64,000 nt of DNA, taken from Eledone cirrhosa (taxonomy: Eukaryota). The position numbers were made by a program, and so were the translations under genes. The stretch covers positions 379,192,001 to 379,256,000 of the forward strand of contig OZ024740.1 of NCBI GenBank assembly GCA_964016885.1, in the 5' to 3' direction. The notes beneath the pieces were generated by a model. That model did no database searches and was not told the DNA's origin. It was given only the letters and a program-made list of their open reading frames with translations. Positions 43,691 to 56,302 of the stretch are shown piece after piece. The number at the start of each line of letters is the position of its first letter. Position 1 is the first letter of the stretch.

Positions 43691-44285
43691 TAAGATGTAT
43701 GGTAGGTCGTATGTGAATCGCGATGATCACGTCTGACCTACCAAATATGTGACGGTAGCTAGTTAAGCTCCATGCGTATACGCAGAGCAGAAATATAGAC
43801 CCCAACTATACAAGCGAAGAAAGAAGGAATTTCATAGGAAACTTTATATATTTTTTAGGGAAACTTTATATTTTTATTTTTTATTTTATTAGCCTCTTAA
43901 TTTCTTCTAGTTTAGTAGGTTTATTGGAGCCTGTAAGCTTTATGTACTTATTGAGGGATTTTTTAAGGTGCTTCTACGGGACCCCAAGTCTTTTAGTTTA
44001 CTGTTAATGCGCAAATTATATATTATCTAATTTTTAAACTTCAATCCCTGACCCCGACAACTAATATAAAAGAGCCCCCTTAGAATATAGACCCCAACTA
44101 TACAAGCGGAGTTGCTGATGTATACCACAATTTCAAACTGCTAGCCTTGAGTGATACGTTGATGTAAATAATGATCTTACAATTACATGTTATATGCCTT
44201 GAAAAGTCCCACCATGTGGTCGGACGAAACGGCTGTCGGCAATAAACTTGTTATAATGTCATAATAGTTCCTTTGTTCTTTTTCA

Positions 44286-44290
<5 letters not shown>
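43688..44290 (+). mobile_element. PLE-type terminal fragment between (TA)n tracts with U3-A8 HHR
   Basis: HHR at 44195; internal duplication AATATAGACCCCAACTATACAAGCG at ~43792 and ~44083. Confidence 0.55.
44195..44241 (+). ncRNA. Type I hammerhead ribozyme motif, U3-A8 core variant, GUC-type cleavage triplet
   Basis: TGCC-TTGAAAA-GTCC(CACCATGTGGTC)GGAC-GAAA-CGGCTG-TC-GGCA. Confidence 0.8.
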
Positions 44291-44354
<64 letters not shown>

Positions 44355-44570
44355 GTATATATATATATATATATATACATATGTAATTAAGTATATATAT
44401 AATATTAGCTCGGACATGTAAAATATAGATTAACTATATATATATATATATATATACATATATAATTAAGTATATATATAATATTAGCTCGGACATGAAT
44501 AATATAGATTAACAATCAAAACTAAACTTAAAAGGAAACTGAGGAAAAGTCCTTATATATTGTTTATAGA

Positions 44571-44757
44571 AATAATTGTTTCTACTTTTGGCACAAGGCC
44601 AACAATTATTCCAATGCATTACTGGTATTTATTTTATCGACCCAGTAAGGATGAAAGGCAAAGTTAAGCTCGGCGGGATTTGAACTCAGACGGTTACTGG
44701 ACGTAACTCTATGCTACTAAGCATGGCGTGCGACCCTCTGATGATACTGCCAATCCA
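44571..44757 (-). mobile_element. tRNA-derived SINE
   Basis: Full consensus in reverse. Confidence 0.88.
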
Positions 44758-44912
44758 CAATAATCGTACGTTAAGGTGTATATATTCAAACTCAGAGAGA
44801 TTATATATAACAATAAGTACGATCTGAATCGTACAATTTAAGATGAACACAATTCATTCACAGATGCATTTATCTATGTATGTATGAAATTAGTACAGTA
44901 AGATATATTTGT

Positions 44913-45067
44913 AAAAGAGAACAATGACTTCACTGGTGGCTGGTGATCTTTAATAATTCAAATATTTACAGTCGTTATTGATATTAGTTCTGGTCAGAAC
45001 TAACGACTTACTGTAAAGAATTGAATTATTAAAGAACACCAACCACCAGTGAAGTCATTCTTCTCTT

Positions 45068-45069
<2 letters not shown>
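44913..45069. repeat. Imperfect foldback, ~58-bp outer arms plus inner hairpin TTAGTTCTG-GT-CAGAACTAA
   Basis: AATGACTTCACTGGTGG.TGGTG.TCTTTAATAATTCAA / TTGAATTATTAAAGA.CACCA.CCACCAGTGAAGTCATT. Confidence 0.88.
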
Positions 45070-45166
<97 letters not shown>

Positions 45167-45427
45167 TCCAGTGATCAGACTCAAAAGCATTCTCAGTTAC
45201 ATAACAATGTTATGATACGGAGTCCGAATCGTTAGGTTTCTGTAATGGAAAAAAACACACACACATGCACAAACACACATACACACTCTCTTTCTGTTTC
45301 TCTGTCTCTATCTCTCTCTGTCTCTCCCTCTCTCGCTCCCCCTCTCTTTCCTTTTCTTACATTACAGTCGAAACTATCGTCTCCTGAGTCAAGACTATTA
45401 CGACTGCTTTAATTACCATCCAATAAA

Positions 45428-45505
<78 letters not shown>

Positions 45506-45541
45506 GAAAAATCAGTGATGCATCTAGACTCAGTTTATTGT

Positions 45542-45579
45542 GTGTTACAATTGTTTCGCCGGCAGATAGCTCGAGACAC
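45542..45579 (-). ncRNA. Hammerhead relic with a 2-nt core deletion
   Basis: Minus: GTGT-CT(--)CGA-GCT(ATCTGCC)GGC-GAAA-CAATTG-TA-ACAC. Confidence 0.5.
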
Positions 45580-45670
45580 GATCATTGTATGGATCTGTCT
45601 GTTTCTAGAACTGCGGGTTCTTCGGAAACATGCAATGCTTTCGGAGCATATATATATATATATATATATA

Positions 45671-45750
45671 CAGGATGTCCAAATGTATACACAATTCAAA
45701 AGCATTCTAATCAAATTGTATACATTGGGGGGGGGGGGGGGGGCAGCCTG
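45671..45750. mobile_element. Decayed Tc1/mariner-type MITE related to 32036-32111
   Basis: TA-CAGGATGTCC-AAATGTATACA...TGTATACATT-G(n)CAGCCTG-TA. Confidence 0.55.
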
Positions 45751-46057
45751 TATATATATATTGATACATGTATTTATCTATCTAGCTAGGTAGTCATCTA
45801 TCTATCATCCATAAGCACCGGCGCACATATATATTTACATCTGTCTGTCTTTCTCTCTCCTTAAATATATTAATATGGTATCAATATGATATCATGTTTT
45901 ATGGAGGCCACAGGTTTATAAATAATATAAGCTTCTATGTCTCACTTCCTCTCACTTCTATCTGCACTGCCTTAGTCACAAACTCTGAAGTTTTACCACC
46001 GTATGTATCACCATATGTATCACGTTTCGTCACTATGTATCACGCGGATTCGCACTA

Positions 46058-46218
46058 TTGGTAGAGCGTCAGGCATAAAGTTATGGCCCTTTATGTTCTG
46101 AGTTCAAATCCCGCCGAGGTTAGCTTTGACTTTCATCCTTACGGGGTCGATAAAATATAGCACCAGCAATGCACTGGGATAATTGCTGGCCTTGGGCCAA
46201 AAGTAGGAACAATTATTA
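46058..46218 (+). mobile_element. tRNA-derived SINE
   Basis: B box and conserved body and tail. Confidence 0.85.
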
Positions 46219-46319
46219 CAGACTTCTTTCGGTCCTTGTGGCCAATAAAGAAATAATTATTACACACTACGGCCATTTCTAGTGATTAGTATAATAACGC
46301 GCGAAGTTACAACAGTCTC

Positions 46320-46363
<44 letters not shown>

Positions 46364-46493
46364 TTTTGTTATAGCATGGTTGTTTTCTTGAGTTTACTTT
46401 TTCGATGGTCAGCTAATGTACAACCGGGCACACATACAACACACACATACACACACTCACACTCACACGCACACACAGACAAATATATATATG

Positions 46494-46535
<42 letters not shown>

Positions 46536-47336
46536 CATACTGCTTGTAATGAATCGCGAATGCAGCCGGTTTCCTATACGACTAGTGGCTCGGCTGTATT
46601 GATGGTAGACGCCTAGACAGGATAACTCACCGTTTGCGTCGATTATGTTGGACGCCATATGTTGCGATTCTTTCTTTTATGTCAACTTCATCGCTTCACC
46701 CACAAACCCTAGTACCGTCATCCGCTACACAGGAGTGAAAGATGACGAAATATCATACATCGACAAACCGATTCCTTTTTTTAGGCGGCGGACACCATTA
46801 TGACCTTCGTAGTCCCCTAACTTTTTGAGAGTGGTCTCCTTCACCAAATCAGGATATATGTCATCACTCCTGATGAAGGAGCCAAGTGAAGTCTGTTCAC
46901 CCACCCCTTCCTCTCAACTATAAATATGTGCTTGATTAAAAATACGTAAATTAAAAGGAAATTATATAAATATATGTATTTGCGTGCGTCTGGGTTCTAT
47001 GTTGTGTAACTTCATGTTCCCAATAGAACTTGATAAAATAAATACTGAGGTTTGTACGACCGACTAAATCGCTTGGCTTCAGTGCCCTAGCATGAATGTT
47101 GCTCAGTGATAGAAACACTAAAGAATTATAGCGATATGAATCTTAGATATGCACATTGATACACATCGTAATGAGCAATGCAAAATCCCCAATCCGTCTA
47201 ACTTAATAGTGTATTAAGAGAGGGTATGGGACAAGAAAGATTTATATACAATTATACAATCTTTTCTTTTCTAGTAAACAGCGGAAGAGGTCGGACGTCA
47301 TATATATATATGCATATATATATATATATATATATA

Positions 47337-47384
<48 letters not shown>

Positions 47385-47422
47385 TATATATGTGTGTGTG
47401 TATACATATATATATATATACA

Positions 47423-47547
<125 letters not shown>

Positions 47548-47694
47548 TTATATTTATATATATATATGTATGTTATATGTATATATTTAATCATCAGTAT
47601 ATCTACACCACTGAAAGAATTAGTGAAGAAGAAGTGAAAAAGAACTCAATCCACATGTAGAAGAAATATTTTATGTTGAAATATTTAGCTTAAC

Positions 47695-47751
<57 letters not shown>

Positions 47752-48426
47752 TCTGTATATATATATATATATATACAAGATACATGCCATGAATGGGCTC
47801 TGACGCATCATCAGTGGTGTGACCTAGAGGTTATCGTGTGTTTCGGGTCTTTTGATATCAGATACCCTTTTCTAGGTGACAAGCAAGGGTTGATCACGCC
47901 ATAACTTGCATCCCAGCAAACACCACCCACGGATCAACCCTTTTAATCCAAAGCCATATGCATATGCCATACTTCCACTCGTGTAGGACACCTCGGTTAT
48001 TTTTCATTTTGTAAAAATAAAAAAAAAAAATAAAAAAAATAAAAAAAAACCTCACTTTCTAATATATATATATATATAAACACATACATATTTCTAAACG
48101 TTTGTGAGATATATGTGAATGAGTTATCGCGTCTGTATCTCCATATATGTGTGTGTACATTTACTGTTTGTTTATGTCCCGTAACACGGTTACATAACTA
48201 GAGATTGACTTATTAAGTGCCAGTACTGTTTGATTGAATCCCTTGAAGGTCATGCCCAAGTATTGTCGTAGTCGAATTATTGGACACAGCTTTGAACAAT
48301 GAAAATAAAACAAAAGGCGAAGATTGAAGATTGGAACCTAATTAGTTAATTGTTGTACGATCGTTTCAGAAGGGTTATTGATAATGATAAATCGATATAT
48401 TGATTAATTGATATTAGTCTACCAGT

Positions 48427-48649
48427 ACCACAGACCCTCCATCTCAACTCACCTTTTGAAAAGCAGAAGAACTGCGAAACCGGTAAAGGAACCAAATAAA
48501 TATATATATTTTAAAAAAAAATAAGACTTCAGTTGCATTTTCGATTTCATCTCTTTTTCTTTATACTTCCACTCGTGTAGGACACCTCGGTTATTTTTCA
48601 TTTTGTAAAAATAAAAAAAAAAAATAAAAAAAATAAAAAAAAACCTCAC

Positions 48650-48656
<7 letters not shown>
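48427..48656 (+). mobile_element. PLE-type terminal fragment with U3-A8 HHR (48452-48489); tail duplicated at 47968-48062
   Basis: CCTT-TTGAAAA-GCAG(AAGAA)CTGC-GAAA-CCGG-TA-AAGG; ends CTCACTTTCTAA-(TA)n. Confidence 0.75.
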
Positions 48657-48719
<63 letters not shown>

Positions 48720-48771
48720 TATATATAAGCACAAAAAATAGATCCCCAAGGTTTAACAATTTCTAAGTTAT

Positions 48772-48838
48772 TCGATTTACTATGTTTCATTCGCCGATGT
48801 GATTTCCAATACCTTTGCAGAGTAATCATCAGAATCAA
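48772..48838 (-). ncRNA. Hammerhead-like motif with long, decayed stem II
   Basis: Minus: TTGATT-CTGATGA-TT...AAT-GAAA-CATAG-TA-AATCGA. Confidence 0.55.
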
Positions 48839-49100
48839 TCGTATATAACATATATATGCTCTGTTATTTAAAAATCTACGATGACTAGAAGTATAGTAGC
48901 TGGGTTTGCGCCTGCACTACCTTTCGCTAATCTGGGTATTGGAACAAAACACATCTGAGCTTCAAATATCTGAATGAAATGGGGGCTGTGTAGTTGGTGG
49001 GTAAGGTGTACTTATAAATAAGAGGAAAGGACGAACGGGAGAAAATTTTCCTTCATCAGTTGTCTGCTGGGGATCATGGATATTTCTACGCATTAAAGAC

Positions 49101-49164
<64 letters not shown>

Positions 49165-49175
49165 TAACAGATTAA

Positions 49176-49226
49176 AGTTTAAGCAAAGAATCGCTGCTTT
49201 CACCCTTAGCGGGATCTTCTGAAACT
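49176..49226 (-). ncRNA. Hammerhead-like motif (U4A substitution)
   Basis: Minus: AGTTT-CAGAAGA-T-CCC(GCTAA)GGG-T-GAAA-GCA(GCGATTCTT)TGC-TT-AAACT. Confidence 0.55.
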
Positions 49227-49781
49227 AACAAAGTCAATCTGTGAACGCAGAAGTGAATATTTCAAAAAACATTGCAATCGGAGGAAGACAGGAAGACGAT
49301 ACTTTGGTTCGTGGTAACGTTCGCTGGCAAAGAACGGGAAAAAACGAATATAATACGTCATTAATAGGAGCGGTGAAAAACCACGTTTATGGTATAAAAG
49401 AAGTCGTAGACTAATATTCTATTAGGTGGTTCATAGAGACGTTCTCTGGCAATGAACGGAAAAAACGAAGATAATACGTCATATGTGGGGAGGGGAGAAC
49501 AATTGCACGCGATGACAAAACCACGTAAATGGTATAACTGAAGTCGTAGACTACAATTCTAACTAGGAAACCGAATGATTCTCGGCTTCAGAGTTAAGAA
49601 TAAAGTAAATAAAATACAGAGGTAATTGAAATTAAATAAATACATACACGCATCCATATACGTACATACACAGGCATACGCGAACACGCTCGCCATAGGT
49701 ATACACACACAACCCACGCAACGCCTGTACCCGCACGCATACGAATGTATACACCAAATAGACATAAAAATATATATAAAA

Positions 49782-49829
<48 letters not shown>

Positions 49830-49904
49830 ATACATATAATTAAATAAACGTATATAAATAAATAAATACGTATATAACAAGCGCACACACATACCTACAT
49901 GTAA

Positions 49905-49985
<81 letters not shown>

Positions 49986-50042
49986 TATACATATATAATT
50001 CAAAATGTTAATAAATGAAAAATATTCTCATAATGAAAATAT

Positions 50043-50107
50043 ATATTTTATTATACATATTTCAAAGGTACAATGGTATTTAAGGACGTTTTCATCAGAC
50101 AAAATAT
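50043..50107 (-). ncRNA. Minimal type I hammerhead motif, intact core, partly decayed stem II
   Basis: Minus: ATATTTTGT-CTGATGA-AAACGTCC...GTACCTTT-GAAA-TATGTA-TA-ATAAAATAT. Confidence 0.65.
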
Positions 50108-50176
50108 ATGATTTGATATGTGACATACCGCTACGGTTTTCATTATTCAATTCCAGTATTGGCATATATATATATG

Positions 50177-50340
<164 letters not shown>

Positions 50341-50380
50341 TATAATTATATGTGTATATATGTATATATACATATACACA

Positions 50381-50708
<328 letters not shown>

Positions 50709-50732
50709 TTTGTAGGACTGGAGTATAAATAA

Positions 50733-51023
50733 TATAAGGTCAAAAGATGGTTAAAAGAGTTTCAAGTATTTTATTATGCGCATTTCAAAAACAAATATCA
50801 TGATGAGATGATATCTGCGTTTTCATCAGATAAAATGGGGATACATGATATGAAGGTTAAAAAACACTTGATTTAAAACTTCACTATTCACAAGTGTTTT
50901 TTAACCTTCATATCATGTATCCCTATTTTATCGGATGAAAACGCAGATATCATCCAATGATGATATTTTTTTTTGAAATGCGCATAATAAAATACTTGGA
51001 ACTCTTTTAACCATCTTTTGATC

Positions 51024-51028
<5 letters not shown>
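50733..51028. repeat. Foldback with ~137-bp arms, each carrying an HHR motif
   Basis: ~21-nt spacer at ~50870-50891; HHRs at 50768-50836 (minus) and 50925-50993 (plus). Confidence 0.92.
50768..50836 (-). ncRNA. Minimal type I hammerhead ribozyme, canonical core
   Basis: Minus: ATTTTAT-CTGATGA-AAACGCAGATATCAT(CTCATC)ATGATATTTGTTTTT-GAAA-TGCGCA-TA-ATAAAAT; 7-bp stem I, 14/15-bp stem II, palindromic stem III. Confidence 0.85.
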
Positions 51029-51096
<68 letters not shown>

Positions 51097-51161
51097 TAAG
51101 GGTTGACGGACCCAGCATATTAATCAATGCCAGTACCGGTGGTATCTCAGCGCACTCAATG

Positions 51162-51270
<109 letters not shown>

Positions 51271-51400
51271 CAAAAATGTTATCAACTCCGAGTATTCTCC
51301 CTTGCTTGGTCTTTTGGATTTGAACACCCCCAAAGTGAGTTTGAAATTTCAAGCTTAGTCTCAGCTACTTGACGTTTATTCATGGTCGCCATTGAGTGCA

Positions 51401-51474
<74 letters not shown>

Positions 51475-51587
51475 TTTTAAAGCGATGGAGTGCCAGTGAG
51501 GGTTGGAGGATCACTGATGAAGGACTATTTTTATCATATGTAACCCATGTGCAACCATGCAGTATTCTTTCTTCTCATGTTTTTTAT

Positions 51588-51644
<57 letters not shown>

Positions 51645-51663
51645 CATATATACATATATATAT

Positions 51664-51695
<32 letters not shown>

Positions 51696-52941
51696 ATCTC
51701 TTACAAATATGTGCTGTATATATATATACATCTATATATTATTTATGTATGTATGTATGTATGTATGTGTGTGTGTTTGTATCTGCGTGTGTCTCTCTGC
51801 GTGTGTGTGTGTCTCTCTACGTGTGTGTATATATATATATAAGCAACAGCTGACAATCGAAAACGAAAACACATACTTATACAGAGATTGCAACAAATAT
51901 TCAAATAAATAAATACGAGTCTGTTGTAATTTCTCGGCGTGTCATTATACTACACACTATAAGTTAAATGTTGTTAGTGGGAGAAGTTAGTGATAAATAG
52001 AGTGGAGAGAAGGCAGAGTTAATGTGACTAAGGCGGTATAACAGGTCAGAGGAAGTGGAAGATGTATATGAAGAATAAGAAGGAGGAGTGTATATCCAGC
52101 CCGTAAAAGTACTCTTATCTACTGCTTTTCGCAACTACAGCCACAACTTCCTTTTTTTTTTTACTGTTTTTCTTTTTGTAATCTATTTTTTTTCTTTATT
52201 TTCTTTTTTAAGTTGTTTTATATTTTGTTTGTATTTTGTTATTGTTGTTGTTCTTGTTATAATATTTCCCTATACTCACAACTACCGAGTGTTTGCAGAC
52301 ACAGTTGGACGGTCTTTCTTTACACTCTCATCCGACTTGCAGTTTGAATGTCTTCTAAGTAAGTCTCTTTCTTTCTCCCTCCACAGTTTTCCTTCTCCTT
52401 CTCTTACTTTCTATCTTACTCTCTTTTTCTCTTTCCTTCGTACACACACATACAACCATACACAGACTGATCCTATTTATCTATAAATCTCCTTCGTTCT
52501 CTCATCTCTCTATTCTCTATATTTCCCACCGTGCCTTTTCCCCTTTCTATCACTTTTATCACTGATTCTTTAACTCTAGTCTTTTATTTCTTCTTCCTTT
52601 CACTCTTTACTGATTAGATTTCTCTATATATTATTCAACATATTTTTCCTTTCAATATCTCGTGCTCATGCATGGATTTTCGCATTTTATTTATAGGAAC
52701 TTTAAAAAAAATACCCCAGTGCTCGCATACATACATACATAAACACATACACACTTACTTACGTACATAAATACATACATAAATACATACATGCATGCAT
52801 ACATATATGCATACAAACATACATACGTACATATATACATGCGTACATATACACATAAATACATAAATACATAAACTGTTTTTTTTAATTTCATTTATAT
52901 ATATATATTAGTGTATATATTGATATGCTTTATGTATGCAC

Positions 52942-53015
<74 letters not shown>

Positions 53016-53198
53016 ATTTGATCAGCCTTAACAATTTATGCATGCGTGCATGTATGTATGTATGTATGTATGTATGTATGTATGTATGTATGTATGTATG
53101 TATGTATGTACGTACGTATGTATGTATGTATGTGTGTGTGTGTATGTATGTATGTATGTATGTATGTATGTATGTATGTATGTATGTGTGTATGTATG

Positions 53199-53232
<34 letters not shown>

Positions 53233-53781
53233 TGTATGTATGTACGTATGTATGTACGTACTTGTGTACGGATGTATGTACGTATATATGTATGTATGGA
53301 TGGATGGATGTATGTCTGTATGTACGTATGTATGTACGTATGTATGTATGTATGTATGTACGTACGTACGTACGTATGTATGTATGTATGTATGTATGTA
53401 TGTGAATGTTATCATGGTTAATACATGAAGTTTGTATGGCTGTACATACCCCACATCAGCTGTTGGCTAGAGATTACTGATATTTCGACTGCTTCCGATG
53501 GTAACACTTCCCCCGGCAGTGATGTTACCAACGTAATGACCGTGGGTTTTCCTGGCACTCTGTAGTACGTCTTCATATATATATATAAGTGGAAGCTTAG
53601 TAAAATCGAAGTTTTGGCTGCGGCCAAGGAAAGTCGACCTACAAAAAGATTAGGAATGATTAGCAAAGCACTCAATAAGGGTAGGCCCTCATAGTAATAA
53701 CATACGTTTAGAAAGCTTGACAAATTGAAAATTGAGGCAGGCAAAAACCCAGCCATACAATACCAAAACAACGAAAAAAAC

Positions 53782-53821
<40 letters not shown>

Positions 53822-53823
<2 letters not shown>

Positions 53824-53938
53824 CGAAGGAAGTGTGGTAAGCAACCAGATGGACCATAACGCCAGAGTACTCAATACTTAGGGTAGTAGAGTGGGTAATA
53901 GGAAAATGTTTAACCCCGACGGCAGAGCTCAAGCCGTT

Positions 53939-53942
<4 letters not shown>
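53822..53942 (-). mobile_element. Isolated 5'-end fragment of a Tx1-like element between (TA)n tracts
   Basis: CAGAGTACTCAATACTTAGGGTAGTAGAGTGG...ACCCCGACGGCAGAGCTC...TTTCGA matches 63537-63618. Confidence 0.75.
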
Positions 53943-54014
<72 letters not shown>

Positions 54015-54335
54015 ACGGGGTGGGGGAGAATGAGAACAGAGAGATAGAGAGAGTTTTTAAAAACTTTTGTCCTGCTAATATTGTGTATTCTATATAAAGA
54101 ATTCATATTTTCCTCTAATTATATTTTCCTATTAATACAATGCAATTTATTTCGATTGCGGTGTTTGTCCCTGTTTTTTATTCTCTGATGTTCTAAGTTC
54201 AAATCCCGTCGAGTTCAACATTGCTTACCCACTTCGGGATCGATAGAATCAAGTAGTGATTATTGATTTTATTCCACTAATCAATTCTCCCAAATTTTTG
54301 GATTATGTATGAAATTATTATTATTATTGTCTTTA

Positions 54336-54540
54336 GGGCGGTGGATTGGCATTATCAGTAGATAATGCAGCATAGAGTTATGGCCCTTTACGGTCCGGGT
54401 TCAAACGCCGCCGAGGTTAACTTTGTCTTTCATCCTTACGGGGTCGATAAAATAAAGCACCAGTAACGTACTGGGGTCGATTTAATCGACCCCCTCCAAA
54501 AAAAATGACTGGCCTTGTGCCCATAGTAGAAATTATTATT
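54336..54540 (+). mobile_element. tRNA-derived SINE
   Basis: GGCGGTGGATTGGC...GGGTTCAAACGCC...TAGAAATTATTATT. Confidence 0.85.
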
Positions 54541-54877
54541 AGTGTTGTCTTTTATTTATGTTCTTGGATTTCTTATAATTCTCCCTCCCCCTCCTTCCTT
54601 TCCTTATTTTCTGTTCGTTCTTGTGGTCTTCTTTATATAATTTCTCTCTAGTTCTTTCATCAATTTTTCCTGATTTTCATTCTCTTTAAATATTTTACGC
54701 GGATTTCTTCTTTCTTTTATCCCCCCCCCCCCGCAAAAAAATTAGTTTTCAACAAACCCTGACATCTTTGTTACAATCTATTATCCACCCTTTTTAAAAA
54801 TACATACATGAATATACATAGTTTTAAATGTGCACACAAATGTATACCAATATAGACACACATTCACGATACACACC

Positions 54878-54908
<31 letters not shown>

Positions 54909-55089
54909 TTGATCCATATAGGATTGGCTTAAAAACCGGTCAGGTTAGTTTATCCGGTCTTTAGCCATTACCTCCCTAATTTAAACAGGTTTATGTATAA
55001 CTATGAATAAGTGTGGGTATGTTTACCTTTGGTTTTGCGTTTGTGCGCTGATTTCGACGTCATTTCTCTCTGACTGTCTTTTTATTAAA

Positions 55090-55340
55090 AACAATATCAT
55101 CATTACTGCTAACACCATCACTACCACCAACAGCATCACCACCATCATCATAATCTCTATTACTACCATCTCCACTGCCACAACCACCACCAGAACGCCT
55201 ACCTCAACTTTCGCTTCCGCCAGGACGACGACCATCACCACCACTAAGGCCATCACCACCACCATCACAAACAACACCAACAATAGTAACAACAACAGTA
55301 ACATCAACAATAATAACAACAGCATAACAATAATAACAGC
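55090..55340. repeat. Degenerate (ACC)/(AAC)/(ATC) trinucleotide tract
   Basis: Direct inspection; produces Thr/Asn-rich pseudo-ORFs. Confidence 0.85.
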
Positions 55341-56216
55341 ATAAGCATTTTATGATGACGAATATACGTGGAAAACTGCAAATAGACGTTATCATGATAC
55401 CTCATAATTTGTAACACTACCTAAGATTATTAAAGTTAGGTTTGAGAAGTGTGTTGAAACAAATAGTAAAAAAGGAAATGTAGTTATACAGACACATAAA
55501 CAGCCACCCAGCACGTTAACAAAAGCCGGAGGCTCACCAGACTGGTGCTTATCCCGGTTTCTACGGCGTTAAGCGACTAAGAGTTCAAAACTTTCTCCCT
55601 AACGCCAGTCCATCTAAAAACTCCCTGCTTTTGCTGATACTAATGTTCAACTGATTTGGACAAGTGCAACGGGAAATGGAGTGTTTTCCTCAAGAACACA
55701 ACACGCCACCTGGTAAAAGAATCAAACCTACGCCATTGTGAACAAGTTCAACACCCTTACCACTAAGGCCACGTCCCACTCTCAAACTAATAAACCTTAC
55801 ACACCACATATAAATAATTTGTATGACACATACTGTTTGCACACCACATACAAATACTCATGCGTGTCAAGCACAGCCAGAACAAACACACAGCAATCAT
55901 GGAATGCCCTATACATAAAAAATACACTAAAAAATCAAACCCAACAACAAACAAAACATCTAGTGGATAAGACCATCGGATTCTAAGCTCGTAAAAATTA
56001 CATTCGTAAAACAAACCCCATCATGAAATAAATGTCTATACTATTAATAGAACTAAGTCATCCCCCATAATCCCTGCCTCAGACATCATCCATATTTCTA
56101 AACCCACTCTAAGTATGAGTATGGGTGTGATGGACTTTTTCAAACTGCAGCCGTCAAATTATGCAATTGCTGTATAAGAATAGGCATTAAACAACATCTA
56201 TAACTATCTGCAGTAA

Positions 56217-56302
<86 letters not shown>

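Noticed and set aside
55003-55344. Thr/Asn-rich 113-aa mucin-like ORF
   Set aside because: Degenerate trinucleotide repeat, open in several frames and on both strands
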